DNA of 64,000 nucleotides from IMG/VR virus record IMGVR_UViG_3300012984_000012, positions 32,001 through 96,000 of that record; one strand, given 5' to 3'. Positions 9,053 to 19,007 of this stretch are shown piece after piece (the stretch's first letter is position 1; each line of letters begins with the position of its first letter). Both the position numbers and the translations under genes were made by a program. Under the pieces are notes generated by a model. That model was not told the origin of the DNA and ran no database searches. It saw nothing but the letters and a program-made list of their open reading frames with translations. Source of the stretch: a virus.

Positions 9053-11631
9053 CAGACGTACGTTACCCTTGCGTCCTTCTCGTTCTTGGTGACATCGATG
9101 ACCAGGTCTGCAGCGTCCTTGACGCCTTCGACGTGAGTGATGACGATGACCATCCTGAAATAACGCTTCAATGACGTCAACAATCGATTACATGCCTCGA
9201 CGCCTGCGTCATCCAGCGCGCCAAAGCCCTCGTCGATGATGAACATGTCGGTCTTTGGAAGCGATGACACGTTGATCAACGCCACACGAATGGCGACTGA
9301 AGCAACCATCTTTTCCATGCCAGACCCGAGTTCGATGATGCGTCGCGAGTCACCATAGTTGATGTAGATCTCTGTCGAGTCGCTGTCATCGTCCGTCTCA
9401 AGCTCGACAGTGAAGTCAACGATTCCCTGCAAGATCTTTGCGATCTCTGCGTTGATGATCGGCAATTGAGATCTCGTGATGACGCTCGGAATGCCACGAC
9501 GAGAAAACGCCGAGGTAACCAACTCATACGCCCTCATCTTCTTAAGGATCTCTTCACGTTGGTGACGCTCGCCAGCATGCTTGTCAATGATCGTTTGTAC
9601 CCTGCCTCGCTCAGTTGCTAGCAGCAGCTTCTCGGTATCGAGACGCTTAGAGGCCGCTTGAAGGGCATCGATTTCTGTCCTAAGGGAAACCACCTCAGCG
9701 TTTTCCTCATTTTTGAGGGCCTCCTCAAGTTCCTGGAGCTTGCTCTGGACGGGCTTTAGGGCGACGCTAGTGTTCTCAAAGTCAGTCTCTAACCGAACGA
9801 GCTTGACGTGCTTTGTCGAGATCTCTACCTTCAGCTTCGAGTGCATTTCGTGAAGCTGCTCTACCTTGTTTACTCGATCGCTTAGGTTCTCCTGTTTCAG
9901 GACCTGGAGTGCCTCTTCTGCACGTTGGAGCTTCTCGAGCGCCTTTGTTGACCTTTCACGCTGGGGATCAACCTTGTCCTTCACCAGGTGAGCGTCCTTG
10001 ATAAACTTGCAGCTTGGAAACTTGTCACCACACGGCACGTCATCAAGGATCTTCAGCGATCGTTCCTGCTGTTTCAGAAGCGAAGCCTCCTTTTCGTGTG
10101 AGTGTTTCAAAGCAATGACTGAGGCCTCTAGCGTTCGATACGCCTCGAGCCTACGTTTCAGATCAACCAGGTTATGCTCTTTCTGAAATTCATCGATCTT
10201 TTCGACTCGAGCGTTCAGTTTTTCAGACTCATCCTTGTTTCGCTCGATCTGTTGTGATAAGCTGTCGAGCTGCTCTGACATCGTCGTGACACGAACGCGC
10301 ATCGCTTCGACCTGAGACTTCGTCACTGGAGTGAAGTCCTTGTGTGAAGCAAGGGTACGTCGAAGTTGTTCGAGCTGGTCGTTCAGCTCGCCGAGTTTGG
10401 TCTGCTTGATCTCGATCTGTTCGTCACAATTCTCGATCTGCTGGTAACACTGTGTGTCTAGCGCCATCCAGTCCCTGTCAGGTAGGGACTTCAGCACGGC
10501 TTTTGTCGCATTCAGGTCGTTCTTTCCGAGATCGTACATCTTGTCAAAGATGTCAAGATCGAGGAACCGAGCGAGGATCTGGCGGCGGCGGGTCGAACCT
10601 TGCGATATGAATAGCTTGATCTCGTCCTGAGCTGACAACGACGTGAGCAAGAAATCATCAGGAGTGCCGATCAGCTTTCGGATCACTTTCTCAGTATCGT
10701 TACGCTGTTCACCAGCTAGGTCAATGGCCTCTCCGTCCTCCATGCGGAAAACGTTAAGAGCCGTCGACGCATTAATTTTCCCACGCTTGTCCTCGCTCTT
10801 GGTGGTCTGTCGCTCGATAACGTAGTCCGTTCCGTCAACGTTGATGACGCCTCGAGCGTAACAATACGACTTACGAGCGTTGACAACGTGAAGGTTTTTT
10901 ATCGAACCACGGTCAGTGCTGTTGTGAAGCATGTACATGATCGTGCCGACGATCGATGACTTGCCCGACCTGTTAGGTCCAAAGATCCCTACGATGCCAT
11001 TTAAGTTCTCAAAATTGATGACGTTACCTTCGCCGTAAGCGAGGGTGTTGTCAAACTTCAAGTGCCTCAACGACCACTTAGTGTTCCGAACAATCTCATC
11101 AGCACCAAAGAAGGCAAGGTAACTCTTCACCAGATCATGAACGCTGTTCCATGTCTCTTCTGTGACGTTTGCTTGGTGATGATACTCTTTCAGTAACCTA
11201 ACCAACACGTCTGGGTTCCTGAGATCATCTTTTACGACCTGTGTCGTTCCAGAAGAGATGATAATGTCACGTTTGACGTGGTGATCTGTCTTGAACGTGA
11301 CCTCAGTCGCGTTCAACGCTTCCTTGAGGCTGTGACCGATCTCGACCACGTCCCTTTGCGAGAGCTGGTCGTGGCTGTAGATCCTGAAACGACTGGATGG
11401 TGAGAAGTTCTTCTTAGCAAACTCAACGGTGCTGATGACGTCGCCTTGCCAGTCGACGGTCACGAACGGGCGGGGGTTTGGCAACTCAATGAACTTGACA
11501 TCGAAGTCATCGCGCGCCCCTAGATCCCATTGCAAGAAACCGTGAACGGTGTCCTCAGCATAATTCTGTTGGACAGTAGATCCAGGATAGCCGATCCATC
11601 CCTTTTTCCACTTGATGCGAAGCTTCGTCAC
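9052..11631 (-). CDS. SbcC/Rad50 (gp46-like) ABC ATPase carrying the C-terminal part of the Mre11 nuclease domain
   Basis: GPNRSGKS Walker A, CGDKFPSC hook-like motif, GSGMEK signature, FIIDEGFGALD Walker B; N-terminal GYPGSTVQQNY; GTG start with GAGGAG RBS. Confidence 0.9.
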   Translation of the reverse strand: MTKLRIKWKKGWIGYPGSTVQQNYAEDTVHGFLQWDLGARDDFDVKFIELPNPRPFVTVDWQGDVISTVEFAKKNFSPSSRFRIYSHDQLSQRDVVEIGHSLKEALNATEVTFKTDHHVKRDIIISSGTTQVVKDDLRNPDVLVRLLKEYHHQANVTEETWNSVHDLVKSYLAFFGADEIVRNTKWSLRHLKFDNTLAYGEGNVINFENLNGIVGIFGPNRSGKSSIVGTIMYMLHNSTDRGSIKNLHVVNARKSYCYARGVINVDGTDYVIERQTTKSEDKRGKINASTALNVFRMEDGEAIDLAGEQRNDTEKVIRKLIGTPDDFLLTSLSAQDEIKLFISQGSTRRRQILARFLDLDIFDKMYDLGKNDLNATKAVLKSLPDRDWMALDTQCYQQIENCDEQIEIKQTKLGELNDQLEQLRRTLASHKDFTPVTKSQVEAMRVRVTTMSEQLDSLSQQIERNKDESEKLNARVEKIDEFQKEHNLVDLKRRLEAYRTLEASVIALKHSHEKEASLLKQQERSLKILDDVPCGDKFPSCKFIKDAHLVKDKVDPQRERSTKALEKLQRAEEALQVLKQENLSDRVNKVEQLHEMHSKLKVEISTKHVKLVRLETDFENTSVALKPVQSKLQELEEALKNEENAEVVSLRTEIDALQAASKRLDTEKLLLATERGRVQTIIDKHAGERHQREEILKKMRAYELVTSAFSRRGIPSVITRSQLPIINAEIAKILQGIVDFTVELETDDDSDSTEIYINYGDSRRIIELGSGMEKMVASVAIRVALINVSSLPKTDMFIIDEGFGALDDAGVEACNRLLTSLKRYFRMVIVITHVEGVKDAADLVIDVTKNEKDARVTYV

Positions 11632-11632
11632 G

Positions 11633-12289
11633 TTATCCGATCTCCTCTATCACCTCTGCGCCTGGGTACTTACCGATGTCGTCTTTATCGATCACGATCT
11701 CAACGTCACGGTAACCCAAGAACTGCATCCGATGAATGTCACCCAAGAAGACGAAATCATACTCCTTGAAGAAGTCAACCGTTAAGCCGTCCTCGATCAA
11801 CCAGTCGCTCTCTGTCTTGGCTCCCCACACCGGCCCATGATAGCAAGCGATGTTGATCTTTCCCGGAAGAGGCTTTACGCTCTTCCAACCAACCTCGTCA
11901 AAGAGGCTGAAAATGCACCAGGTGTAACCAGGCGCGAATTCATAGACACCGCTGTTCTTGTAGAGATGGATCTTCGGACTACGTAAGGCATTAACGATGG
12001 GCGTGATGGCGTCTTGCCTGGAGAGATTGACTAGGTTTCCATCGTGGTTTCCCAACGTCAGATGGAGCTCAGCGCATGATGACAACGTCTCAAGCCACCA
12101 AGACAGGACCTCGATGTACTCTGGGCTTAGTCCTGATGTCTTCGTGTGAAAAATGTCGCCACCGACGAACACGTGTTGAACGTTGTTTGCTTTGACCTGT
12201 TCTGCGAACGCTTCAAAGACTAACCGATACTCTTCGTGTCTTGAGAGGCCTCTCCAGTGTACGTCAGCAATGTGAGCGATCCTGAGCAT
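11633..12289 (-). CDS. SbcD/Mre11 (gp47-like) metallophosphoesterase, N-terminal part
   Basis: HIADVH, GGDIFH, GNHD, YHG, LGDIH motifs. Confidence 0.9.
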   Translation of the reverse strand: MLRIAHIADVHWRGLSRHEEYRLVFEAFAEQVKANNVQHVFVGGDIFHTKTSGLSPEYIEVLSWWLETLSSCAELHLTLGNHDGNLVNLSRQDAITPIVNALRSPKIHLYKNSGVYEFAPGYTWCIFSLFDEVGWKSVKPLPGKINIACYHGPVWGAKTESDWLIEDGLTVDFFKEYDFVFLGDIHRMQFLGYRDVEIVIDKDDIGKYPGAEVIEEIG

Positions 12290-12303
12290 GCAGTTACTTT
12301 AAT

Positions 12304-12332
12304 AGTGTACTGCATGATCGATAAGCTGTTCA
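12304..12332 (-). promoter_or_regulatory. Sigma70-like promoter TGAACA-N17-TACACT
   Basis: Intergenic, upstream of the Mre11-like gene; same pattern recurs elsewhere in the window. Confidence 0.55.
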
Positions 12333-12335
12333 AAA

Positions 12336-13337
12336 TTAAACAGCTAGGCCACCTGTGCCAGCTCGGATGAGCTTCACGACCTCTTCTGCACCTCGAGCGA
12401 GCTCGACACCCTTAACAGTCGTTGCCGTGCCTTCGACGAAGCCGAGCAACGAAGCGCCGGCGTGTAACACGCCCTGGATGCCGTTGATCGCAAAGTAGAT
12501 TAGCAATACCTTGTAAATGAGGCCCTTTGTCTTGGCGATGGCCTTCTTACCTTCATCGTCAGCCTTGATCTCGATCTCGTTAAGAGGTTCATCGCCAGGC
12601 GTCAGTTTGATTCCCATCTTCCACAGGCCCATGTACACTGCATACGCTAGCCTAAAAGGCATCACAAAATTGACTGTTTTCTGCTCAAAGTGATGCGTGA
12701 CGTGCTCTGCCTTTTCAAAGAGTTCAGCCGTACCGTGAGCGCCGAGCACGTTCGCGAGCTTGTGGAGTCCCTTGAACAGAAGGGGTAGCCCACCCATGAT
12801 GGCGAGACCGACGCCAGCCGCTCCGATCACACCAAACTCATTGAGCTGCTCCTTTGGCAGGTTAGCGTGTTGGGTCTCAGCTAAGACAGCATAGATCTCG
12901 GGGATGTACTTTCCTTCTGTCTTAGCGTCAGCGGACTTCGCCTTGTCGTGCACCGGACCCTCGAGGTCCTGTTGAACGATCGCTAACGCGTTATCTTTGT
13001 TGATCTTTCCGAGTTCTTTGGCGTCTTGCAATCCCTTGTCCATCTGGAACGTCTCACCGGTCTGTTCCATCGCGTGCTTGAGAACCTGAAGGATCTGCTT
13101 AGCTTCGGGTGGGATCTCAGTAAGCTTGCTCGAAGCCGTGACGATCGCTTTCGCCCACTTGTCTGCGACTTGCTTGAATTGTTTTGTCACGTATGCTGAC
13201 AGCTTTTGCAAGCCTGACTTAGCATCATCGAACAGGCCTTCCTTGATCAGGTACTGATCGATCAACTCATCGACGATGATCTTACGTAACTGTGCCTCGG
13301 TGATTATCGGACGAGCGCGGGTCGATCGTTTCTTCAT
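12336..13337 (-). CDS. Hypothetical protein with LRKIIVDE motif and hydrophobic segments
   Basis: 333 aa; TACTTA motif 12 nt upstream; Gly-rich hydrophobic stretches in C-terminal half. Confidence 0.6.
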   Translation of the reverse strand: MKKRSTRARPIITEAQLRKIIVDELIDQYLIKEGLFDDAKSGLQKLSAYVTKQFKQVADKWAKAIVTASSKLTEIPPEAKQILQVLKHAMEQTGETFQMDKGLQDAKELGKINKDNALAIVQQDLEGPVHDKAKSADAKTEGKYIPEIYAVLAETQHANLPKEQLNEFGVIGAAGVGLAIMGGLPLLFKGLHKLANVLGAHGTAELFEKAEHVTHHFEQKTVNFVMPFRLAYAVYMGLWKMGIKLTPGDEPLNEIEIKADDEGKKAIAKTKGLIYKVLLIYFAINGIQGVLHAGASLLGFVEGTATTVKGVELARGAEEVVKLIRAGTGGLAV

Positions 13338-13359
13338 GGCTGCGACTGGTAAGTATCGA

Positions 13360-14352
13360 TCACAACATCAGCGTTGTCCGAGACACCCTACCTAATCGGG
13401 TCAAAAACGCTGACTTCCAGTCTGCTGGCCTTGCTAGGCTCAGAGCTTCTGCAAACTGTTCTTTGGTCGCGCTGCCTGGATCACCGAACGATCGGGTGTC
13501 GACCAACACAACGCTAACGTCGTAATCAGCTAGCTTCTTAGCCATCTTTAGCGTCTTCGTCTCCCACATGTCACCGTCGAGCGCCAGAGCAATTGGTGTT
13601 CCGTTCGCAATGATCATGTTGAACAAAACAGACTGCTCGTTGAGGTCTGACCCTAACAAGGGCACGGTGTTGTCGATGCACTTGAACATGTCGAACACGC
13701 CTTCACAGATCACCAGCTGCTGGGTCCAATCAACGTTGATCTCGTTGAAAATGACTGGCAGCTTGTCATGATCTGGGTTGTCATATCTCGGTTGCCTAGA
13801 CCTGTCGATGGCTCGAGCGACGAAGTAATTGAGTTGACCCATAGCGTCAAAAGAAGGCACGATGACACGACGGCGCCAGCGCCCCTCATCTGAGACGCAA
13901 AGCTTGAAGTACCACATGTCACGCTCTGTCAGGCCCCTGTCGGCAACGTAACGCCAGGCGGCCCGAGCATCAGGTTCGTTACCAGCCATCACTAACAGCT
14001 TAGAGTCATTAGGCAACTCAAGCCTCTTGGGTTCATCTTGGACGTCGACGATCATGCAACGCCTAGAACGCTCGCGCTCCTCAGCTGTCATGAACTTCTC
14101 TCGGTACTCGTTCAGACGCTCGAGAGTGCTATATTTTCGAAGCAAGGGCGCGAGCGTGTGTGCACGCCAGCCGCACGTCCAACAGTGATTCCTGTCATCA
14201 TCGATCCGGATCGCCAGCTTTTTCTTTGATGGGTCCTTGGGATCGCAGATCGGACACCTGACGTCCATGTTCTTGCTGTTGCGAGCGAGCCTGCCTGCGC
14301 CGAAGCACTGTTCGATAAATCGAACCTTGTCTGAGAGGGTGACGACTGACAC
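13360..14352 (-). CDS. DNA primase (zinc finger + TOPRIM)
   Basis: CPIC...HCWTC zinc finger; ICEGVFD and LDGD TOPRIM motifs. Confidence 0.85.
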   Translation of the reverse strand: MSVVTLSDKVRFIEQCFGAGRLARNSKNMDVRCPICDPKDPSKKKLAIRIDDDRNHCWTCGWRAHTLAPLLRKYSTLERLNEYREKFMTAEERERSRRCMIVDVQDEPKRLELPNDSKLLVMAGNEPDARAAWRYVADRGLTERDMWYFKLCVSDEGRWRRRVIVPSFDAMGQLNYFVARAIDRSRQPRYDNPDHDKLPVIFNEINVDWTQQLVICEGVFDMFKCIDNTVPLLGSDLNEQSVLFNMIIANGTPIALALDGDMWETKTLKMAKKLADYDVSVVLVDTRSFGDPGSATKEQFAEALSLARPADWKSAFLTRLGRVSRTTLML

Positions 14353-15011
14353 TACGGTCTCAAAGTAACCCCAGCAGCCACCTTTGGTTTGGCGACCTTC
14401 TTTGGCTTCTTCACCAACGGTTGGATGGGACCACAGACGGTCGCAGCTCGGGCGATGACGTACGCGTCACAGGCGTCCCTGGACCACTCGACCTGCTTTC
14501 CATTCTTCTTGGTTGGCCACTGCACGTGTGACAGGTCATTAGCGACCATGTGTGCAAAGACCTGTTCTTTCTGAGGACCACCCACCGCGGTGCGTTGGAG
14601 CTTGATGCCACACAGCTTACGTGCGTGAGCTGAGCCGATGTACTCAGGATCGCACTTGAACACCATCCGCGTGACGTAACTGACGATCCCATTAAAACGC
14701 ATCAGAGTTGAGATAGTCTGAGCGCTTGACATGCCGGGACGAAATCCCATCAACGGTTCCTCAAGAACGACTCGAGTTGGACAGTAGAACCCATTCCTAG
14801 GTAACCTCTCATCATCGAACGAGTTCCTGATGACGTCTGCCATGTAATGGTACACGACGTCCGCCTTGTCCCACAGGGTCTTGCAACCCTTGAAATCGAT
14901 GTGATCAAGCAAGACGATGTGAGAACCCTTGGCATCGGGCTCGATCGCGTCATCAACGATGCAAACGCCGACGATACTTGTGCTCACGTCTAAACCCATC
15001 AAGAGAGGCAT
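14352..15011 (-). CDS. RuvC-like Holliday junction resolvase
   Basis: MGLDVSTSIVG, VVLEEP, DACDAY acidic motifs of the RNase H fold. Confidence 0.75.
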   Translation of the reverse strand: MPLLMGLDVSTSIVGVCIVDDAIEPDAKGSHIVLLDHIDFKGCKTLWDKADVVYHYMADVIRNSFDDERLPRNGFYCPTRVVLEEPLMGFRPGMSSAQTISTLMRFNGIVSYVTRMVFKCDPEYIGSAHARKLCGIKLQRTAVGGPQKEQVFAHMVANDLSHVQWPTKKNGKQVEWSRDACDAYVIARAATVCGPIQPLVKKPKKVAKPKVAAGVTLRP

Positions 15012-15048
15012 GGTAATTATCAGCCCTCAGGATGGCCCTCGTAAAACC

Positions 15049-15465
15049 CTATTTCAGCAGACCAAGTAGCTTCAATTCGACCTCTGTGATCACTTCTAGG
15101 GCCACGCCGTGGGTCGAGCACCATTCCTGGGCGGCCTTGAGCTTCTTGACAACCTTCACCTGGCTCGCGCGCCTCTTGGGTTTGATCTCGACGAGAACCT
15201 TTCTGTCCGAGTATTCAACGAGGAAGTCTGGGAAGTAGTTACGTAGCTTCCCGGTCCGGAGGTTGCTGACGTACGGGATCTTGGTCTTTTCGTAAGAGTA
15301 CGTGACGACATCTACGTTCGCGTCCAACCATTGCATGTACGAGAGCTCCCACCCTGACCTGTACTTGCACTCACCCGCTTTTGGAGAGAGGTGCAGGCCC
15401 GTGTGATAGTGACGCTTACGCTTGCGACGTGTCTTACGTTTAGCCAAGCAGCTCGCCTTCAGCAA
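15049..15465 (-). CDS. Head-completion nuclease-like protein (T4 gp4 / TnsA-N PD-(D/E)XK fold)
   Basis: YRSGWE, YFPDF, VEIKP motifs; start uncertain. Confidence 0.75.
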   Translation of the reverse strand: MLKASCLAKRKTRRKRKRHYHTGLHLSPKAGECKYRSGWELSYMQWLDANVDVVTYSYEKTKIPYVSNLRTGKLRNYFPDFLVEYSDRKVLVEIKPKRRASQVKVVKKLKAAQEWCSTHGVALEVITEVELKLLGLLK

Positions 15466-15736
15466 ACATCCCAGCCGTCGACGGACCGTCAGAGAACCTC
15501 TTCGGGTTGCTGATCAGCTGGAAGCTGACGCCTTTTCCGAAGTCCTGTTCCGATGGCGCAGCGACCCACCTTAGGTCACCGTCAAAGACAAGGGCGCTGA
15601 CCTGCTTGTCAGCGACAAAACAAAGCGACCACATGCGTCTGTTCTCAGCACGTCCCAACAAGATGCCAGGGCACACCAAACGATTGGGGGGAAAGTTGAA
15701 GTAAGGTTGGTCAACAAAACGAACGCGAGCTCTCAT
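15440..15736 (-). CDS. Hypothetical protein
   Basis: 98-aa ORF with GAGG RBS filling the gap. Confidence 0.45.
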   Translation of the reverse strand: MRARVRFVDQPYFNFPPNRLVCPGILLGRAENRRMWSLCFVADKQVSALVFDGDLRWVAAPSEQDFGKGVSFQLISNPKRFSDGPSTAGMFAEGELLG

Positions 15737-15760
15737 GGGTCCTCATAGTGTGTCGTGAGA

Positions 15761-18343
15761 TCAAAAGTCATGTTTGATCTTGAACATTATGCGATCGCCA
15801 TGGCGTTTCATGATGGGTTGGGCGAGCTGCGTCTTCATGACGACGTTGTAATTGTCATCGTGGAAGTTCAAGGCGGTGATGTAAACGAACTCCTTCTCAG
15901 GATCGTTCGGGTACGGCGAAGGTGGCACCTTCATGAAGTTTGGGTTCGACGAAGAGTTGAGTTGGTTCGCTGCAGCCATCACGTCAATCGTCATGACATG
16001 GACGCTCTGGTCTCCCTTGAAGCTGATCTCGTAACCCTCCTTGCCAAAGAAGTAGAGATGCGGGCTCTTCAAGGCGATGATGCCTTCATCATAAAAGATC
16101 GTTCCGACAGAGTTCCATGTCGAGGCACTCGTCAGGCTGTCAGCTCTGTAGATCGTGCCTCGACCATCGTCCTTGAGGGTGACCTTAACAGCACCACCAG
16201 AACCGCTCAAGCTCGGATCTGTCAATTCAAGTGAGCCTGGCAGGATGCGCTTGCCATAGAACAGGTTGCTGATGTCAAAGAATGTTACCTGGTTCGATGA
16301 CGGATCGCGAGTGCGTTGGTACACCGTCAGGGGTGCGCCCATCTGGATGCCCGGATCGAACGTTCCTGATGCAACAGACTTATCGATGGTGTCGACGTAC
16401 TGGTTGAACGCTCGGCCGGGAGGCAGGCCAGGTTGCTCTGGCGTGAAACCTATCGACTCGTTAACGTACGACAGGTCGCCGTCAAAGTCTGATCCAAACA
16501 ACAACGATGATGACAGGACGAGCTCGTCCAAGTGAATGAAACTCAACTCTTCTAGGCCTAGGTCATCAACCGCGCTGGATTGTAAGCTCTCTGAGGCTAG
16601 CAATTCGAAACTGGGAACGAAAAGACCGTCGTCACACGGCATCAGGAACAGGTTCCGTCGACGAACAAAGGGTTGGTCGTATAGAAAATCGTTGGCCGAG
16701 CGGGCCTGCGTCGAGTTCATGATCGCCACACCTGTCATGTGATGCAGGCGTGGGAACACGTTTGAGGCAAAATCCCTCACAAAGTTCTCGATGTTGATGT
16801 AATGACCGGCTACGCCGAACGACATCGCTACGTTGAACGGGTCGCTAGTCGTCCCGTCGACCTCAAAGAAAGGCGTCTGTAGGATACCTCCTATGTCACC
16901 CACGAACTGTCTGAACGGTGACTCTTCGACGAAGAACGGTGGCAAATAGAACGCGATGTAATTGGGATCGATCGACTTTGGGCTGACAGACGACGATTGC
17001 TCGACGTCAAGGTCTGACATGTAATAGCGCTTGATCGCGAGATCGTGCACTTGAGCGTTCAACGGGTGATTGAATCCGTAGAAGATGGGCTCGTCCTGGG
17101 TGTCGTCCTCGATCATCTGATGAAGACCGTCGCGCAAGGCTGGGTTCGGAGCAAAGAAAAACGCTTGGGCGTCGAACCCGTTGTTTCTGCCTTCGTAGTA
17201 GTTGCCGACGCACAACACGTCTGGGTTGGCTCGAGTGGCGCTGACGAACAACCTCGGAGCGACCGTGCCTGATGGGACGACGAAGCTGCCTCGCTTGGCA
17301 CCGTCGACAATGAAAGAACCGGTTCCTTGGTCGATCTGATCCGTGCCCCACCTGACGATGACGTGGTGCCAGTTGTTCCATAACAACGAGTTGTCATCAG
17401 AAAGAAATGCTAGGTCAGCGGGGGCGTAACCCAACCTGGTGTTCAAGCCACCTGAATGATACGCTCTGTTCGGATCTAGCCCCACGTCTCCCGCTCGAGT
17501 TTGTCTGAGGACCGAAGGTGGGATGTCAGCGCTGTGGCTCAGCTGAAGCTGGATCCTAAACGCTAACGGGCGGCCGTTCTGATCTTTTGCTGAACCGGTG
17601 ACGAGCGAGACGGCATAGGTCGACGACAGGTGTAGGATCGTCCCTGCCTTAAAGGCGCCGTCAGGTCGATCGGGCTGGTACTTCGGATTGATGTAGAAAT
17701 CAAAGCTGACTGACCCACTTGGGGTATATGTTCCTGAGACGTAACCCTCGTGCTCGATGCCGCTATCGATGTTTGGGTACAGCATCACTGATGAGGTCGG
17801 CACCGTCGATGACGTGAAGAAGTTAAGGCAGTTGTAGTTGGTGTAAGCCCAATGGGCAGACGGATACGTCGTCCTGTAGTACGAAGATAGCTGGTCCTTG
17901 ACGACTAGCTTTCTCAACGTGTTTGACGTGAAATCGACCGAAGGCGTGAACCTGATGATGTTCAACAGCTTCTGCTTGCGCGCGGAGACGCCTTGTTGTG
18001 TCACCTTTGACATGTAGTCATCAAGCATGCCATTGAACGCGATGGTCGATGAAACGACAAAGTCTGACGTTGCGAGCAGGCCGGCGATGCCGACGCCATC
18101 AACGATCATCGCGTTACGGCCCATGTTCTGGACCGACCTGAGAGTCGTCGTCAGGTCCGTGTCGTTTGCTGTCGCGTCAATGAATGACGAGAGCGGTTCG
18201 GGTTCTTTCTCGATGCTAGACCGGCGAGCAAAGACGTACACAGAACCGGTCGCGCCAGCAGAGCTCGTGACAAAATGTCGTGACGGGTTGGTCACAACCG
18301 TGAATGACTCTACGTCCCCTGTTTCGACCTTAAAGAATGACAT
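15761..18343 (-). CDS. Large virion structural protein (baseplate/tail-like, LamG-like segment)
   Basis: 860 aa, S/T/G-rich; WHHVIVRW LamG-like motif; C-terminal YITALNFHDD...KTQLAQPI.K...KIKHDF motif shared with 20006-21235. Confidence 0.65.
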   Translation of the reverse strand: MSFFKVETGDVESFTVVTNPSRHFVTSSAGATGSVYVFARRSSIEKEPEPLSSFIDATANDTDLTTTLRSVQNMGRNAMIVDGVGIAGLLATSDFVVSSTIAFNGMLDDYMSKVTQQGVSARKQKLLNIIRFTPSVDFTSNTLRKLVVKDQLSSYYRTTYPSAHWAYTNYNCLNFFTSSTVPTSSVMLYPNIDSGIEHEGYVSGTYTPSGSVSFDFYINPKYQPDRPDGAFKAGTILHLSSTYAVSLVTGSAKDQNGRPLAFRIQLQLSHSADIPPSVLRQTRAGDVGLDPNRAYHSGGLNTRLGYAPADLAFLSDDNSLLWNNWHHVIVRWGTDQIDQGTGSFIVDGAKRGSFVVPSGTVAPRLFVSATRANPDVLCVGNYYEGRNNGFDAQAFFFAPNPALRDGLHQMIEDDTQDEPIFYGFNHPLNAQVHDLAIKRYYMSDLDVEQSSSVSPKSIDPNYIAFYLPPFFVEESPFRQFVGDIGGILQTPFFEVDGTTSDPFNVAMSFGVAGHYINIENFVRDFASNVFPRLHHMTGVAIMNSTQARSANDFLYDQPFVRRRNLFLMPCDDGLFVPSFELLASESLQSSAVDDLGLEELSFIHLDELVLSSSLLFGSDFDGDLSYVNESIGFTPEQPGLPPGRAFNQYVDTIDKSVASGTFDPGIQMGAPLTVYQRTRDPSSNQVTFFDISNLFYGKRILPGSLELTDPSLSGSGGAVKVTLKDDGRGTIYRADSLTSASTWNSVGTIFYDEGIIALKSPHLYFFGKEGYEISFKGDQSVHVMTIDVMAAANQLNSSSNPNFMKVPPSPYPNDPEKEFVYITALNFHDDNYNVVMKTQLAQPIMKRHGDRIMFKIKHDF

Positions 18344-18388
18344 CAGGCTCGTTCGTAACTATACGCCGTGGTGAAGGGGCCTGGCCAC

Positions 18389-18601
18389 CTATCTTTCGCC
18401 CTGGACGAAACTACCGCTGACAAGCCCATTGATCTCAAGCGTGAACCCAGGATGATCAGTGACCCATTGGGGCTGGTACTGATACGTCGGTTGAGGAGGT
18501 TTCCACCCAAACGTCAACGAGACCCTTGGACACGCACAGCGTCCACATATCGAACAACCTCCACGACACGTGGGACAGTTGATGCAATGGTGTGCTGACA
18601 T
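18389..18601 (-). CDS. Small Cys-rich hypothetical protein
   Basis: CxxCxxC...CxxCxxCxC; coupled to the upstream gene. Confidence 0.35.
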   Translation of the reverse strand: MSAHHCINCPTCRGGCSICGRCACPRVSLTFGWKPPQPTYQYQPQWVTDHPGFTLEINGLVSGSFVQGER

Positions 18602-18990
18602 CAGTGAGATACTAACGCAACGTGGGCGTTTTGTAACCTCTTGACCTTCGTCTTCATCTTCTCAACGTACTCCTCACGTTTGAAGAACATCGGACGAGAC
18701 CAAAAACCAACGTCTTTCGAGAGGTCCTGCGCCTGCTGAGCGAACCGGACCAGCGCAGGGGCCTTCGGGTTACGATTAGTTTGCATCCATTTTGCGATCG
18801 AGGCAGACTGGTCAGCTAGCTGCTTGAGCTTGTCAGCCGCTTCCTTGTCAACGTCTCCAGCTACCAGGCTGTCGACGAATTGCTCAGCTGCGTCAGCAGT
18901 CGCATCGACGATGCTCTGGGCACGTTGTTCAGGGGCTGGGGCGAGAGCCTCGACGAGGATGCGCTTGAGTTGGCCGACGGTGAGCTTCAT
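18601..18990 (-). CDS. Small protein with N-terminal LKRILVEAL motif
   Basis: MKLTVGQLKRILVEAL; TACTTA 6 nt upstream of ATG. Confidence 0.6.
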   Translation of the reverse strand: MKLTVGQLKRILVEALAPAPEQRAQSIVDATADAAEQFVDSLVAGDVDKEAADKLKQLADQSASIAKWMQTNRNPKAPALVRFAQQAQDLSKDVGFWSRPMFFKREEYVEKMKTKVKRLQNAHVALVSH

Positions 18991-19007
18991 GTTGGGTAAG
19001 TATCACT

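Noticed and set aside
11600-11720. Split intein at the Mre11/Rad50 junction
   Set aside because: No N-terminal Cys/Ser block or C-terminal His-Asn followed by Cys/Ser/Thr, and the extra peptides are too short.
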